This document shows, one piece after another, positions 63,800 to 64,000 of a stretch of 64,000 nt of DNA. A program made the position numbers and the translations under genes. The stretch lies in assembly GCA_038496445.1 (NCBI GenBank), contig JALMLS010000378.1:1-64000 (forward strand), written 5' to 3'. The stretch is from Trichosphaerium sp. ATCC 40318. Its lineage: Eukaryota; Protista; Tubulinea. Numbering within the stretch: the stretch's first letter is position 1; each line of letters begins with the position of its first letter. The notes under the pieces were generated by a model that worked only from the letters and a program-made list of their open reading frames with translations, was not told where the DNA came from and searched no databases.

Positions 63800-64000
63800 T
63801 TTATAAATACAAATAAGTCGGTGATACACAATATGCCGTATTTATAAAAAAAAAACCACTCAACACTGGTTTGGTATCACGTGATACTTTAAGACATTTG
63901 GTGTACAGTTATTATTATCATATACAAGCCTTTGCTAGTACTTGTTTTAGACAGAACCAGTCGTATATTTAGCGGAAAGTTCCTTAATTGGATGGACATG

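Noticed and set aside
1-64000. Alternative genetic code or bacterial contamination, suggested by the fragmented ORFs
   Set aside because: Canonical spliceosomal introns explain the fragmentation, and TAA, TAG and TGA all act as stops.

Overview
Gene-dense, intron-rich nuclear DNA from a microbial eukaryote. It uses the standard genetic code, most introns are short (about 40-100 nt, mainly GTAC.. donors), and several head-to-head gene pairs lie only ~90-200 bp apart. I spliced about 28 genes by eye. Housekeeping genes: paxillin-like LIM (3' end), a multi-RRM protein, VPS35, QCR10-like, cyclin K/T, MVD, metaxin, PTPA, an ankyrin protein, aftiphilin-like, a Tra2-like SR protein, DAP3/mS29, NUDT18-like, oligopeptidase B, DNAJC7, makorin and BTB-BACK-MATH. 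The most unusual items are: (1) a membrane-tethered SREBP-like bHLH factor with the SREBP C-terminal regulatory domain and an S1P-type site, but without the SREBP signature tyrosine and with a rearranged N-terminus; (2) a FAM72 domain fused to a RING and TRAF-type zinc finger; (3) a bacterial UrtA urea-binding protein with a signal peptide and about 9 introns; (4) an alpha/beta-hydrolase-C2-PX-PH fusion; (5) an intron-containing protein with phage-like polymerase-palm motifs; (6) two adjacent intronless giant-virus-like F-box genes; (7) a ubiquitin paralog lacking the C-terminal GG, K48 and K63; (8) U12-type introns, several GC-AG introns and microexons. All gene models and family calls come from manual reading and recalled motifs. 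No database search was run, and the organism is not identified.
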